A stretch of 64,000 nucleotides of DNA, taken from NCBI GenBank assembly GCA_965262925.1, contig CBDHGC010000003.1, positions 1,551,907-1,615,906 on the forward strand, written 5' to 3'. The first letter of the stretch is position 1. Every line of letters starts with the position of its first letter. Origin of the DNA: Vicinamibacterales bacterium (GTDB lineage: Bacteria > Acidobacteriota > Vicinamibacteria > Vicinamibacterales > UBA8438). Positions 1-10,008 of this stretch are shown in pieces. Under the pieces are notes generated by a model. It saw only the letters and a list, made by a program, of their open reading frames with translations, was not told where the DNA came from and made no database searches. The position numbers were made by a program, and so were the translations under genes.

Positions 1-913
1 TCGGGCTCGACTCGGAGTCGATCGAGTACAGCACGTCGTCCGCGGTGATGAAGATGCCGCTGATGCGCCCGTGGGAGTAGAGGGAGTCGAGATAGTTGCC
101 GTCCTGGTCGAAGATCTCGATGCGGTGGTTGCCGCGATCCGCGACGAAGAGGCGCCCCTGCGAATCGAACGCCAACGCGTGGGGGGTGCGGAACTCGCCG
201 TGCAGCGTGCCGATCCGTCCCCACTCCCTAATGAACGTGCCGTCGGGGGCGAACTTCAGGATGCGGCCGGTGGCGCCCGACTCGCGTCCCTCCTCTATCG
301 CCCGCGCGGTGGTCATGCTCTGGCCGCCGTGGCCGTCCGCGACGAAGATGCTGCCGTCCGGCGCGGTGATCACGTCGTTCGGCTGATTGAACTGGTTCGG
401 GCCGCTCCCCGGCTGTCCCGCCGTGCCGAGGCTCATCAGCAGCTCGCCGTCGGGGCTGAACTTGTGGACCTGATGTCCCTTGGTCCCCTCGCGGTTCCCC
501 GCGAAGTCGGTCACCCATACGTTGCCGTCGGCATCCACGTGGATGCCGTGCGGCGTGACCATGACGCCGCCGCCGAAGTTCCCCAACACCTCCCCGGTTT
601 GGCGGTCGAACTTGAAGATCGGGTCGACGGGGTTGGAGTCGCAGTTGATCGGCACGCCGCCGCCGAAGGTGCCGGCGCCGCAGCGCTCGTAGGCCCAGAC
701 CTGGCCGTCGTGCGGGTCGATGTCGACGCCGGCGGTCGAGCCCCACTCCCGGCCCTCGGGCAGGTCGCCCCAGTTCGCCATCACGGTCGCGGTCGGGTTC
801 GGCAGGCCCTCACCCGTGATCGTGTTGCCCGTCTGGGCCTCGGTGGCGCTCGACCCCAGCACGAGAGCACCGCAGGCGAACAACGTGGACATCAGGTATC
901 GTGACGATGACAT
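1..913 (-). CDS. NHL-repeat beta-propeller protein, secreted (partial; C-terminus lies beyond window start)
   Basis: The minus-strand frame is open from ATG 913-911 (AGGAGA ~8 nt upstream) to position 1. It is missing from the ORF track only because no stop falls inside the window. The translation begins MSSSRYLMSTLFACGALVLGSSATEAQ (signal peptide). It contains repeated NHL-type blades: GVMVTPHGIHVDADGNVWVTD, PNDVITAPDGSIFVADGHG, FRTPHALAFDSQGRLFVADRGNHRIEIFD. Confidence 0.8.
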   Translation of the reverse strand, partial: MSSSRYLMSTLFACGALVLGSSATEAQTGNTITGEGLPNPTATVMANWGDLPEGREWGSTAGVDIDPHDGQVWAYERCGAGTFGGGVPINCDSNPVDPIFKFDRQTGEVLGNFGGGVMVTPHGIHVDADGNVWVTDFAGNREGTKGHQVHKFSPDGELLMSLGTAGQPGSGPNQFNQPNDVITAPDGSIFVADGHGGQSMTTARAIEEGRESGATGRILKFAPDGTFIREWGRIGTLHGEFRTPHALAFDSQGRLFVADRGNHRIEIFDQDGNYLDSLYSHGRISGIFITADDVLYSIDSESSP

Positions 914-1104
914 GGCTTTCTCTCCTGGCGAATCCGCGTTCGGTGAATCCGTGTTCCCGGTTTCGGCGGCCTGCCGCCGTACACCCTCGGCAGACGGTCG
1001 GATGATAGCCCGAAAATCCGGGTTCCTGCCGCGCGCCTGCCGAGCCGCGGAAAAGGAGGTCGCACGTCCGTGAGAGGGTCGCGCGACTGGTACGCATTGC
1101 CGTA

Positions 1105-3147
1105 TTGGGCCTGTTCCTGATCGGCACGTTACAGTCCGACGGCGACACCGTCGTCCTGGCGCAAGGGACGGAGGCGCCGGGGAACGCGGTCGCGGCGGGA
1201 GAGCTCCTGGTCGAGCCGCCGACGCTGATCAACCTCGGCTTCGAATGGACCATCGAGGGCGACGACAACCGCAACGCCGCGGTGGAGGTGGCCTATCGCA
1301 GGCGGGGCGAGACGGAGTGGTCGCCGGCGCTGCCCCTCCTGCGCCTCCAGGGCGAACGGATCTTCGTGGGCAACCAGTTCGACGTCGTCGTGCCGAACAT
1401 GTTCGCCGGCAGCATCCTCGACCTCGAGCCTGACACAGCGTACGAGGCGCGGTTCGTGATGACCGATCCCGATGGCGTCATCGGAGAGGCCGGCAGGACC
1501 GTGACGGTGCGGACGCGTGCCGAGCCGGTACCGTACGCGGAGGGGAGGGTGTTCCACGTCTATCCCCACGGCTTCGAGGGTGCGAAGATCGAGCCGTCGT
1601 TCGAGGGGTTGATATGTGCCTACAACTCCTCGTGCGGCGGCGGGGACTTCGCCACCGCGGGGCGTCCCCGGGTGCGCGCCGGGGACACCCTCCTCGTGCA
1701 CGCCGGCCTCTACCGCTACAACCACCTGGAGTACGGTGGAGCCAACCGAGCCTTCCCCTTCGAGGGCACCTACTACCTGACGGCCGACGGCACGCCCGAG
1801 CGGCCGATTGCGATCAAGGCGGCGGGTGACGGGGAGGTTGTCTTCGACGGCAACGGCAACTTCGCCCTCTTCAACGTCATGGCGGCCGACCACACCTACT
1901 TCGAGGGCATCACGTTCCGCAACACCGAGTTCGCCATCTGGGCCGGCCAGCAGTTCATCGCGGGGGCCAAGGGGCTCACGGTCAAACACTCCCGGTTCGA
2001 GGACGTCGGGGCCGGCGTCTTCACGAACTACTCCGGTTCGAGCAACTTCTATATCGCGGACAACCGGTTCCACGGCCGGAACGACCCGGAGCGCCTGATC
2101 GGATGGAGCGACGCGCCGCTGTGGGGGCGGTTCGACGGCGTCGACGGTCAGGTCCATCCCCCCGTCATGGCGTCCTACGTGGCGGTGAAGCTCTATGGCC
2201 CCGGACACGTCGTGGCCTACAACTACATCGCCGACTTCCATGACGGGATCAACGTCGAGACCTACGGGAATCCCGACGGCAGCGTCGCATCGGGAGCCGG
2301 AATGCCCGACGGTCCGAAGTACCCGCCGCGCGAGTACCGGGACCGGCGTCCCGTCGCGATCGACTTCTACAACAACATCATCACGAACTCCCACGACAAC
2401 CCGATCGAGACCGACGGGAGCCTGCACAACGTGCGCGTGCTCCGGAACCTGTTCATCAACCACCCGTCGCACGCGTTCTGCAGTCAACCCGTGCTCGGCG
2501 GGCCCGTCTACTGGATTCGGAACATCGGCTACAACCTCCCGGGCGGATCGAACCGCTTCTTCGGCGCCGCCGGCGTCATGTTCTACAACAACACCATCCT
2601 GTCCGAGACCACCGGGACCACGTCGAACACGCACTGGCGGAACAACCTGATTCTGGGGCAGAACGCGGCGCCCGACTTTAGGCGGCTGCGTCCGAACCTG
2701 TTCGGGATCACGACGTTCACCAACTACACCTCGTCGGATTACAACGGCTTCGGCCCCGCCCCGGACACCATGATGCCGTTTCGCTGGGAGAGCCCGCCGT
2801 TCGACGTGGCCGCCGACTTCCGCGCCCCGGATCACACCCCGGCGCTGGAGCTGCGGGAGTTCGCGACGCTGGAGGAATACAGTGCGGCGACCGGGCAGGA
2901 CCGGAACAGCGTGCAGGTGGGATACGACGTGTTCGTGAACGTCCCCGCGCTCGACGCCCGGGACGTGAGTGCGCTCCAGACGGTCTACGATGCGGACGAT
3001 CTCGATTTCCGCTTGCGGCCCGGCTCGGCCGCCGTGGACCGGGGGATGGTGCTGCCGACGGTGACCGACGGCTTCACCGGGAGCGCGCCCGACCTCGGAG
3101 CGCTGGAGGTCGGCGTCGCCGCGCCGCATTACGGGCCTCGCCCGTAG
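1105..3147 (+). CDS. right-handed parallel beta-helix repeat protein (pectate-lyase-fold-like), probably exported
   Basis: 680-aa ORF; the track start is TTG and the true start is uncertain. It has recurrent beta-helix turn motifs: FRNTEFAIWAG, VKHSRFEDVGAG, YIADNRFHGRND, FYNNIITNSHDNPIETDG, VLRNLFINH, FYNNTIL, WRNNLILG. The long antisense ORF 1129..3129 is a GC shadow. Confidence 0.75.
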   Translation: MGLFLIGTLQSDGDTVVLAQGTEAPGNAVAAGELLVEPPTLINLGFEWTIEGDDNRNAAVEVAYRRRGETEWSPALPLLRLQGERIFVGNQFDVVVPNMFAGSILDLEPDTAYEARFVMTDPDGVIGEAGRTVTVRTRAEPVPYAEGRVFHVYPHGFEGAKIEPSFEGLICAYNSSCGGGDFATAGRPRVRAGDTLLVHAGLYRYNHLEYGGANRAFPFEGTYYLTADGTPERPIAIKAAGDGEVVFDGNGNFALFNVMAADHTYFEGITFRNTEFAIWAGQQFIAGAKGLTVKHSRFEDVGAGVFTNYSGSSNFYIADNRFHGRNDPERLIGWSDAPLWGRFDGVDGQVHPPVMASYVAVKLYGPGHVVAYNYIADFHDGINVETYGNPDGSVASGAGMPDGPKYPPREYRDRRPVAIDFYNNIITNSHDNPIETDGSLHNVRVLRNLFINHPSHAFCSQPVLGGPVYWIRNIGYNLPGGSNRFFGAAGVMFYNNTILSETTGTTSNTHWRNNLILGQNAAPDFRRLRPNLFGITTFTNYTSSDYNGFGPAPDTMMPFRWESPPFDVAADFRAPDHTPALELREFATLEEYSAATGQDRNSVQVGYDVFVNVPALDARDVSALQTVYDADDLDFRLRPGSAAVDRGMVLPTVTDGFTGSAPDLGALEVGVAAPHYGPRP

Positions 3148-3191
3148 AGCTGACGCTCAGTGGGCTGTGCGGCGCGCAGTGACGGAGGACC

Positions 3192-3532
3192 TCACACGAG
3201 CTGGGACAGCAGCGTCCGAGCCGGGACCACGAGCGGCGGGCCCGGCGCCATGAAGCAGTCCGCGTCCACATGGTCGGCGTCCACCACGACGTGGAACGCG
3301 AACGGCGCGCCGACCTGCCGCTGATAGTGCGCAAGCGCCGGACTCGGTCTGGTTTCGCGAGCGTGTCGTACACCAGTTGGCGACCCGACCCGTACGCGTC
3401 CGCGTGACGCCGGCACGTGGTGGTCTTGCCGACCTGGCGCGGCCCGCTGACGAAGGCCATCTGCCGGTTGTTCGCGAAGTGGTCGACCAGCAGCGCGTCG
3501 TACACGCGATCCTGCGCCAGCATGCCGACCAT
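3192..3532 (-). pseudogene. internally deleted remnant of a DUF4143-type AAA ATPase
   Basis: One frame (ORF 3074..3532) gives an N-terminal piece with Walker A: MLAQDRVYDALLVDHFANNRQMAFVSGPRQVGKTT. A second frame (ORF 3192..3593) ends with a C-terminal-type piece: LAHYQRQVGAPFAFHVVVDADHVDADCFMAPGPPLVVPARTLLSQLV*. About 340 bp remain of a gene that is ~1.15 kb in the intact paralog 33194..34348. Confidence 0.6.
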
Positions 3533-3630
3533 TATCTGCAGTATCGTGTTTCAGTCGCAACCATTCTGCGACAGCCCGTCGTATGGTCGGCACGACTGCG
3601 GGACGCGTCTGCCTTGCGTCCGCGCCGTTT

Positions 3631-5010
3631 CTACGGCGCCGGCACGAACCCCGAACGGTCCACCCACTCGCCGAGTCGCATGACCCGGTCGATCTCCAGC
3701 GTGTTGCGGATGTCGGCCAGCGGATCGGCGTTCAGCACGATCAGGTCGGCGACCTTGCCCGCCTCGAGGGTGCCGAAGTCGGCCTCGCCCACCGGAGGCA
3801 TCCGGCCGGCGCCCGTGGCGGTCGCCGCGACGATGGCGTCCATCGGGGTCAGCCCGGCCTCGACGTAGAGCTCCATCTCGTGGTGCATGCCCCAGCCGTA
3901 CGGCACGTTCGGGGTCCCCGCATCGTTCCCGAGCGCGACCTCGACCCCGGCGTCGTGCATCGTCTTCACGAAGTCCTGCACCTGTCGGAACGCGGCCTTG
4001 CGGTCCTCGAATCCGGGATCGTCGACGATTTCCGCCCGGCTTGCCGGGTCGTCCAAGCGGGCCAGCGCATCCGGGTTGTAGAGGTTGAATGCGGCACGCA
4101 ATGCCGGGTCCTCCAGCAGCTCGGGATGCTCCGCGAAGTGCCAGCGGTTCTGGACGATAGACAGCGTGGGGGTGAAGTACACGCCGTTGTCGAGGCACAT
4201 GCGAATGAACTCGGGCGAGGGGTCGGGATCGTCCACCGGAACGCCGGCTCCGGGGCCGAAGGTCAACACGGTGCTGTGCAGAAAGTCCCGCAGGCCGGCC
4301 TCGACCAGTTGGCGGCCATCGGCTTCGTCGTCGATGTGGGCGACGGGGATGGCGCCGTTCTGCACGGCCTCGTCGATGATGGCCGCACGAATCTCCGGCG
4401 GAATCTTCAGGCCCGGCTCCGCGACCTCGTTGACCCACATCTTGATGAAGTGCACGCCGAGGGCGATCTGGTTGCGCACCAACTCCCGCGCCTCTTCTTC
4501 GGTGGTCGGGGCATTGCGGCCGGCGGCGTTGAATCCGCCGGGGTACGAAAATCCCAGCCCGGCCGTATAGGTTCGGGGGGCGTCGGGGCGGCCCGCGGAT
4601 TCGAGCAGGTGGGCGACCCGCTCGGGTGAATCGCTGCCGATGCTGCGTGCGGTGGTGACGCCGTAGTGGAGCTGCGACCGGAACTGACGTTCTATCTCTT
4701 CCGGTCCTTCCCGGTAGTGGACGTGCAGATTCACCAGACCGGGCATGATGGTCTTGCCGGTCACGTCGACCGTCTCCGCGCTGGCGGGCACCGGCGTCGT
4801 GTCCCGCGGGCCGGCGCTCACGATCCGACCGTCGCGAACGACGACCACCGAGTCGGCAACCGGCGGTGCGCCGGTCGCGTCGATCAACTGCGCCCCGACG
4901 AGCGCGAGTCCGCCAGCCTCCTCGGGAGCCGCGTTTTCGTCCGGCGCTGCGCCTCCGCAACCTGCCAAGGTCAGGGCCAGTCCTGCTGCCAGTAGATGAA
5001 GTCGTTTCAT
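3631..5010 (-). CDS. metal-dependent amidohydrolase family lipoprotein
   Basis: 459 aa with a lipobox signal, MKRLHLLAAGLALTLAGC. It shows the amidohydrolase pattern PGLVNLHVHY and a C-terminal GTLEAGKVADLIVLNADPL. Confidence 0.88.
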   Translation of the reverse strand: MKRLHLLAAGLALTLAGCGGAAPDENAAPEEAGGLALVGAQLIDATGAPPVADSVVVVRDGRIVSAGPRDTTPVPASAETVDVTGKTIMPGLVNLHVHYREGPEEIERQFRSQLHYGVTTARSIGSDSPERVAHLLESAGRPDAPRTYTAGLGFSYPGGFNAAGRNAPTTEEEARELVRNQIALGVHFIKMWVNEVAEPGLKIPPEIRAAIIDEAVQNGAIPVAHIDDEADGRQLVEAGLRDFLHSTVLTFGPGAGVPVDDPDPSPEFIRMCLDNGVYFTPTLSIVQNRWHFAEHPELLEDPALRAAFNLYNPDALARLDDPASRAEIVDDPGFEDRKAAFRQVQDFVKTMHDAGVEVALGNDAGTPNVPYGWGMHHEMELYVEAGLTPMDAIVAATATGAGRMPPVGEADFGTLEAGKVADLIVLNADPLADIRNTLEIDRVMRLGEWVDRSGFVPAP

Positions 5011-5046
5011 GAAGAACCTCTCTTCGGGTGCGTCGGCTGCGACGCT

Positions 5047-5068
5047 GGCGTGATTCTAGCTTGCGTAT
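5047..5068 (-). promoter_or_regulatory. candidate -10 element (TAGAATCACGC) upstream of the amidohydrolase gene
   Basis: The minus strand reads ..AAGCTAGAATCACGCCAGCG.. The TAGAAT hexamer is at 5058-5053, ~45 nt upstream of ATG 5010. It shares TAGAATCACGC with the motif at 57204-57229. No convincing -35 was seen. Confidence 0.3.
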
Positions 5069-5079
5069 CATGGGGAACC

Positions 5080-5883
5080 GTGACCGAGGCGGATCCGGTC
5101 GATCGATTCCGAGAGCGGTATGCGCAATCTCCGGGCGAGGTCGCGCGGCGGGTCGAGCGCGCGGTCCTCGGGCACGCAGTCGGCCTGAACGGCTTCACGA
5201 CCGTTGCGCAGGCGGCGACACTTTGCGACGTCCTGCCGGTGACCGCCGGCGGTCGTCTCCTGGAAGTCGGTTGCGGTCACGGATGGCCGGGATTCCACGT
5301 CGCGCAGCGGCACGCGTGCAACCTCGTCGGTAGCGATATTCCACTGGACGCGCTGCGGGACGCACGATCGAATGTGAACGTGCGCCGGCTCGGCGCTCGC
5401 GCCGTGTTCGTCGCGGCGGACGGTCGCGCGTTGCCGTTTCGGTCCGCCGTCTTCGACGCCATCGTCCATGCGGATGCGTTCTGTTGAATCCCGGACAAGC
5501 TCTCCGTGTTGAGAGAATGCCACCGCGTCCTGAAGCCGGGAGGTCGCATCGCCGGCTACGTGATTCACACGCCGGCCGGCCTCGGTGCGGCCGACGAGCA
5601 GCGAGCCTGCGAGCTGGGACCCGACCAGGTGACCGGCGCCGCCCTGCCGGAAGACCTGACGCGGGAGGCCGGCTTCTCGCACATTGTCCGAGAGGACGTC
5701 ACCGGTCAGTTCAGGGCAACGGTCGAAGCGATGCTGCGTGCCGCGCGGCGGTGGGAGGGTGAGCTGCGCGCGGAGCAGGGCGACGAGCAGTATGCGGCCG
5801 GCTGCGAGCGAGGGGAGGCGAAACTGATCGGCATCCGGGAGGGTTTGCTCCTCCGGTCTCTGGTGACGGCGATCAAGCGCTGA
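5080..5883 (+). pseudogene. class I SAM-dependent methyltransferase interrupted by an in-frame TGA (5485-5487)
   Basis: ORFs 4996..5487 and 5506..5883 are in the same frame. Together they read ..LLEVGCGHGWPG (SAM motif I) ..FDAIVHADAFC*IPDKLSVLRECHRVLKPGGRIAGYV (post-I/II motifs). The likely start is GTG 5080, because the track start 4996 would overlap the divergent amidohydrolase start. Confidence 0.75.
5858..5877. repeat. 20-bp perfect direct repeat, copy 1 (CTCTGGTGACGGCGATCAAG)
   Basis: It is identical to 8586-8605. This copy lies inside the last codons of the methyltransferase (SLVTAIK). Confidence 0.95.
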
Positions 5884-5934
5884 GCCGGCTGTCCGGTCGG
5901 GGACCGACCGCTCGTCGGCGGGTGCCCACACCTG
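5871..5934. repeat. ~64-nt junction repeat, copy A (GATCAAGCGcTGAGC..GTCCGGTCGGGGACCGACCGCTCGTCGGCGGGT..)
   Basis: It aligns with 10785-10848 with about 7 mismatches over 64 nt. It contains the stop codon of the upstream ORF. It also contains a 7-bp stem / 3-nt loop hairpin: CGGTCGG-GGA-CCGACCG (5894-5910). Confidence 0.85.
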
Positions 5935-6035
5935 CCCGTGTTCATTGACGAATCACCCGGTCAACGAATACGATACCGGTGCGCGAAATGAGGCGCGGCA
6001 GAGACCAGGGGTGACGATGCGCGGCGGCATGCGCC

Positions 6036-8594
6036 TTGCGGCATTCCGCCGTACAGGTCGCTCTCCACGGGCAGCGCGGCGGCTTGGAAGCGCTTCATGT
6101 CGCCGGTCTCTGGGTGGTAGCCGTCGCGCAGCCGATCTTCGATCTCCTGAGCCGCAGCCCCGAATTCCTCGTAGCCCACGACACCCGGGCGACCGACCTG
6201 CCGGGCCTGTTGCTTGCCCTCTGCCTGGCCGGCCCCGCGTGCTGTCTGGCGGCCACTTGGCTGTGCCGCCGACTCGGCCCCCGCTCGCACGCGCTGGCCA
6301 TCGGGATGGTGATGGGCACGCTGGTCGCGACGGTGGCGCTCGCCACCATCAAGCAAGCCGAATGGAGCCGCGACGCCTCGTTCGGCCTCGCTACGGCCTG
6401 CGGCGCCCTGGCCGCCGGCGGCTACGTCTGGTCGTCGACCGTCCGCATGTTCGCCACGTTTCTCTCGCCGGCACTGGTGATTGTACCGGCGGTGTTCCTG
6501 CTGCATCCGGCAATTTCATCGTTCCTGTCGCCGTCGGAATCCGGACAGGCGCCGCTCGACGGCGTCACCTTCGACGAAACGCCGCCGGTCGTCGTGGTCG
6601 TGTTCGACCAGCTTCCGCTGGCGTCGCTGCTGAACCGCGCCGGTGAGATCGACCGAACGCTGTACCCTCACTTCGCCGCCCTGGCCGACGAGGCCACCTG
6701 GTTCCGCAACGCGAGCGCGGTCACCGAGATGACTACGTTCGCTCTGCCCGCCATCGTCACGGGAAACTATCCCACGCCCGGGCGAGTGCCGGTGGCGGCC
6801 GACTACCCGGCGAACCTCTTCACGTTGTTCGGCGCGCGCTACCGCCTGCAAGTCCACGAACCGCTGACCAATCTGTGTCCGGCGACGCTGTGCGGCCCGG
6901 ACCGCGCGGGCGCTATCGCCTGGCTCGTCCCGGTGTTGAGCGACCTCGCCGTCGTCTTCCTGCACCGGGTGCTGCCCGAAGCCGCCACCAGGTCGCTGCC
7001 GCCGGTGACGCAGAACTGGCGGGACTTCACCGCGCCCGATCCGTTCGTGGATCGCTGGGACAGCCTGCGGGTCCGCGGCCGGCGTGCGACCGCCGACGCG
7101 TTCATCGAGGCGTTGAGCGCGGGCGGCGAAGCCGTTCTCTACTTCGCGCACTTTCTGCTTCCGCACGAGCCGTGGCACTTCCTGCGGACGGGACAGCGGT
7201 TCTCCGCCGAGCGGTTCATGCTCGCCGGTCCCCGCGACGGAACATGGCCCGACCACGAGCGGGCGGTCGCCCTCAACTACCAGCGTCACCTGCTGCAGGT
7301 GCAGTTCGTGGACTCGCTGGTCGGTGCGATCGCAGCGCGGATGCGTGAGGTGGGGATCTGGGACGACGCGCTCGTCGTGGTCACGTCGGATCACGGCGTG
7401 ACCCTGCGACCCGGGTTCCCCTATCTCCGGCCGACCGCGGAGTCCTTTGCGGACATCGCGTCGGTGCCGCTTTTCATCAAGCGTCCCGTCCAGAGCCAGG
7501 GCGAGGTGACCGACGCGAACGTCCAGGTCATCGATATCCTCCCGACGCTGGCCGCCGAGGTGGGAGTGGATCTGCCGTGGAAGACCGACGGCATGAACCT
7601 GTTCGCCCCGGGGGTTGCCGATCGAACGGATAAGGTGATGTTCGTCGAACGCGGGCAGAGGCGCATGAACTTGCCGGGCAACCTGCAAGACGCGCTCATG
7701 GAAACCGTGGCCCGGAAGTTCGCCATCTTCCCAAGCGGCAACCCGCTGGATCAGCCGCGCCTGGAGCACTACGACGATCTGGTCGGAACGCCAGTCGGGA
7801 GGATCCGCGGGGAACAGCGGGCGAACCTGGACGTCATCGTGGACGCACCGTACCTGCTGGACGACGTCGAGCACAGCGCCGATGACGACGGCGACGCGGC
7901 TTGGGGAATGGTGAGGGGCTTCGTGCCAGCCCACTTGACCGGCCGCATTGTCCTGCCGGAAGACGGCTCGGCGACGCCGCCGCTCGCGGTCGCGCTCAAC
8001 GACATCGTGGCGGCGGTCACACTGGCGCATGACTTCAATGCCTCCGGACGGGAAGCGAGGTGGGAGGCGATAGTCGACCCGAGGCTCCTCCGGCCGGGCA
8101 CGAACAGGGTTGAGGTCTTCGCGGTTCGCGAGCGCCGCGACGGCACGTTCGAGCTCGAAGAGGCGTATCGCAGCGGCGCCGGCTGGCTGGAGACCACCGG
8201 GGTCAACCTCATTCCAGAGGAGACGGCAAGGCGGCTGAATGTGACCGTTTCCGGCTTTCATCTGACGGAGTCGTTGTCGAACGGCGATGGCCGCTGGACC
8301 GATGGCCGCGGGCGTCTCTCGGTGCGCATCGATCCCAGGGTTGCGCCGTCGGAGATGGCGATCAGCGTCCTGATGACGGGCGGCAGGGCGAAACGCCTGG
8401 AAGTGACCGTCAACGGTTGCCTGCTGTTCGACGGGACGGTTCGCGGATCCTGGGAGCAGACGTTTGCTCTGGACACCTGCGTGCTGGGCGTCGCGCCCAC
8501 GGTCGAAATCGAGTTGATCAGCCAACGGCACCGCCCGTCGACGATCGACGACCGCATGCTGGGCGTCGCCGTCGGTTCGATCGAGCTCTGGTGA
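6036..8594 (+). CDS. membrane-anchored sulfatase / alkaline-phosphatase-superfamily protein (LTA-synthase-like architecture)
   Basis: 852-aa ORF. The N-terminal part is hydrophobic (VAQPIFDLLSRSPEFLVAH..LLLALCLAGPA..MVMGTLVATVALA..ALVIVPAVFLL). A sulfatase-type core follows (PPVVVVVFDQLP..., LYFAHFLLPHEPW, ALVVVTSDHG, VPLFIK). The start is uncertain (track start is TTG; GTG near 6114 is possible). The last two codons and the stop lie inside repeat copy 2. Confidence 0.72.
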   Translation: MRHSAVQVALHGQRGGLEALHVAGLWVVAVAQPIFDLLSRSPEFLVAHDTRATDLPGLLLALCLAGPACCLAATWLCRRLGPRSHALAIGMVMGTLVATVALATIKQAEWSRDASFGLATACGALAAGGYVWSSTVRMFATFLSPALVIVPAVFLLHPAISSFLSPSESGQAPLDGVTFDETPPVVVVVFDQLPLASLLNRAGEIDRTLYPHFAALADEATWFRNASAVTEMTTFALPAIVTGNYPTPGRVPVAADYPANLFTLFGARYRLQVHEPLTNLCPATLCGPDRAGAIAWLVPVLSDLAVVFLHRVLPEAATRSLPPVTQNWRDFTAPDPFVDRWDSLRVRGRRATADAFIEALSAGGEAVLYFAHFLLPHEPWHFLRTGQRFSAERFMLAGPRDGTWPDHERAVALNYQRHLLQVQFVDSLVGAIAARMREVGIWDDALVVVTSDHGVTLRPGFPYLRPTAESFADIASVPLFIKRPVQSQGEVTDANVQVIDILPTLAAEVGVDLPWKTDGMNLFAPGVADRTDKVMFVERGQRRMNLPGNLQDALMETVARKFAIFPSGNPLDQPRLEHYDDLVGTPVGRIRGEQRANLDVIVDAPYLLDDVEHSADDDGDAAWGMVRGFVPAHLTGRIVLPEDGSATPPLAVALNDIVAAVTLAHDFNASGREARWEAIVDPRLLRPGTNRVEVFAVRERRDGTFELEEAYRSGAGWLETTGVNLIPEETARRLNVTVSGFHLTESLSNGDGRWTDGRGRLSVRIDPRVAPSEMAISVLMTGGRAKRLEVTVNGCLLFDGTVRGSWEQTFALDTCVLGVAPTVEIELISQRHRPSTIDDRMLGVAVGSIELW

Positions 8595-8605
8595 CGGCGA
8601 TCAAG
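8586..8605. repeat. 20-bp perfect direct repeat, copy 2
   Basis: It is identical to 5858-5877. It overlaps the ..ELW-TGA end of the sulfatase-like ORF. Confidence 0.95.
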
Positions 8606-8762
8606 AGAGAAACGTCCGCCGCAGGGACTGAATGAACGCGATGCCAGTGTGGGCCGACGTGCGTCCACATGAGTCGGCCGCGATATGGCGCGGCGCGATG
8701 CCCCCAGGCCCAGGCAGATCGTGGACAATACTCTTGTCCGCCAGCCCCTTGCGAATCGGTAG

Positions 8763-9977
<1,215 letters not shown>

Positions 9978-10008
9978 CGGACGGCTGGCGCAAGTCGAGG
10001 GCACTGCG

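Noticed and set aside
1129-3129. Very long ORFs antisense to, or out of frame with, real genes: 1129..3129(-), 6516..8531(-), 17870..20260(-), 26145..29045(-), 43124..47047(-), 49214..51115(+), 51677..53209(+), the upstream 1.3 kb of 29884..33210(-), and the upstream part of 53963..56179(-).
   Set aside because: Their translations are Arg/Pro/Gly/Ala-rich low-complexity strings with no motifs. They overlap genes with strong family signatures. Stop-poor shadow frames are expected in DNA this GC-rich.
5485-5487. TGA in the methyltransferase as selenocysteine or reassigned codon. Likewise TAG at 34908 as pyrrolysine or a suppressed codon.
   Set aside because: TGA and TAG terminate many well-defined genes in the same window: TGA for the aminotransferase, PadR, GNAT and malate synthase; TAG for the TonB receptor and DUF1552. 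I see no obvious stable hairpin right after 5487. The affected positions are not redox-active sites.
5871-5934. Interpreting the junction repeats as integron attC sites and the single-gene segments as integron cassettes.
   Set aside because: There are no GTTRRRY/RYYYAAC-type core sites at the ends. No intI-like gene is in the window. The cargo genes lie on both strands, and there are only 2-3 copies. A REP-like or att-arm interpretation fits better.
5961-6506. Minus-strand ORF whose segment ..AAQEIEDRLRDGYHPETGDMKRFQAAALPVESDLYGGM.. looks protein-like and has high third-position GC. It overlaps the putative 5' end of the sulfatase-like gene.
   Set aside because: I cannot assign it to any family. 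It degenerates into low-complexity sequence on both sides. It does, however, add to the doubt about the true start of 6036..8594.
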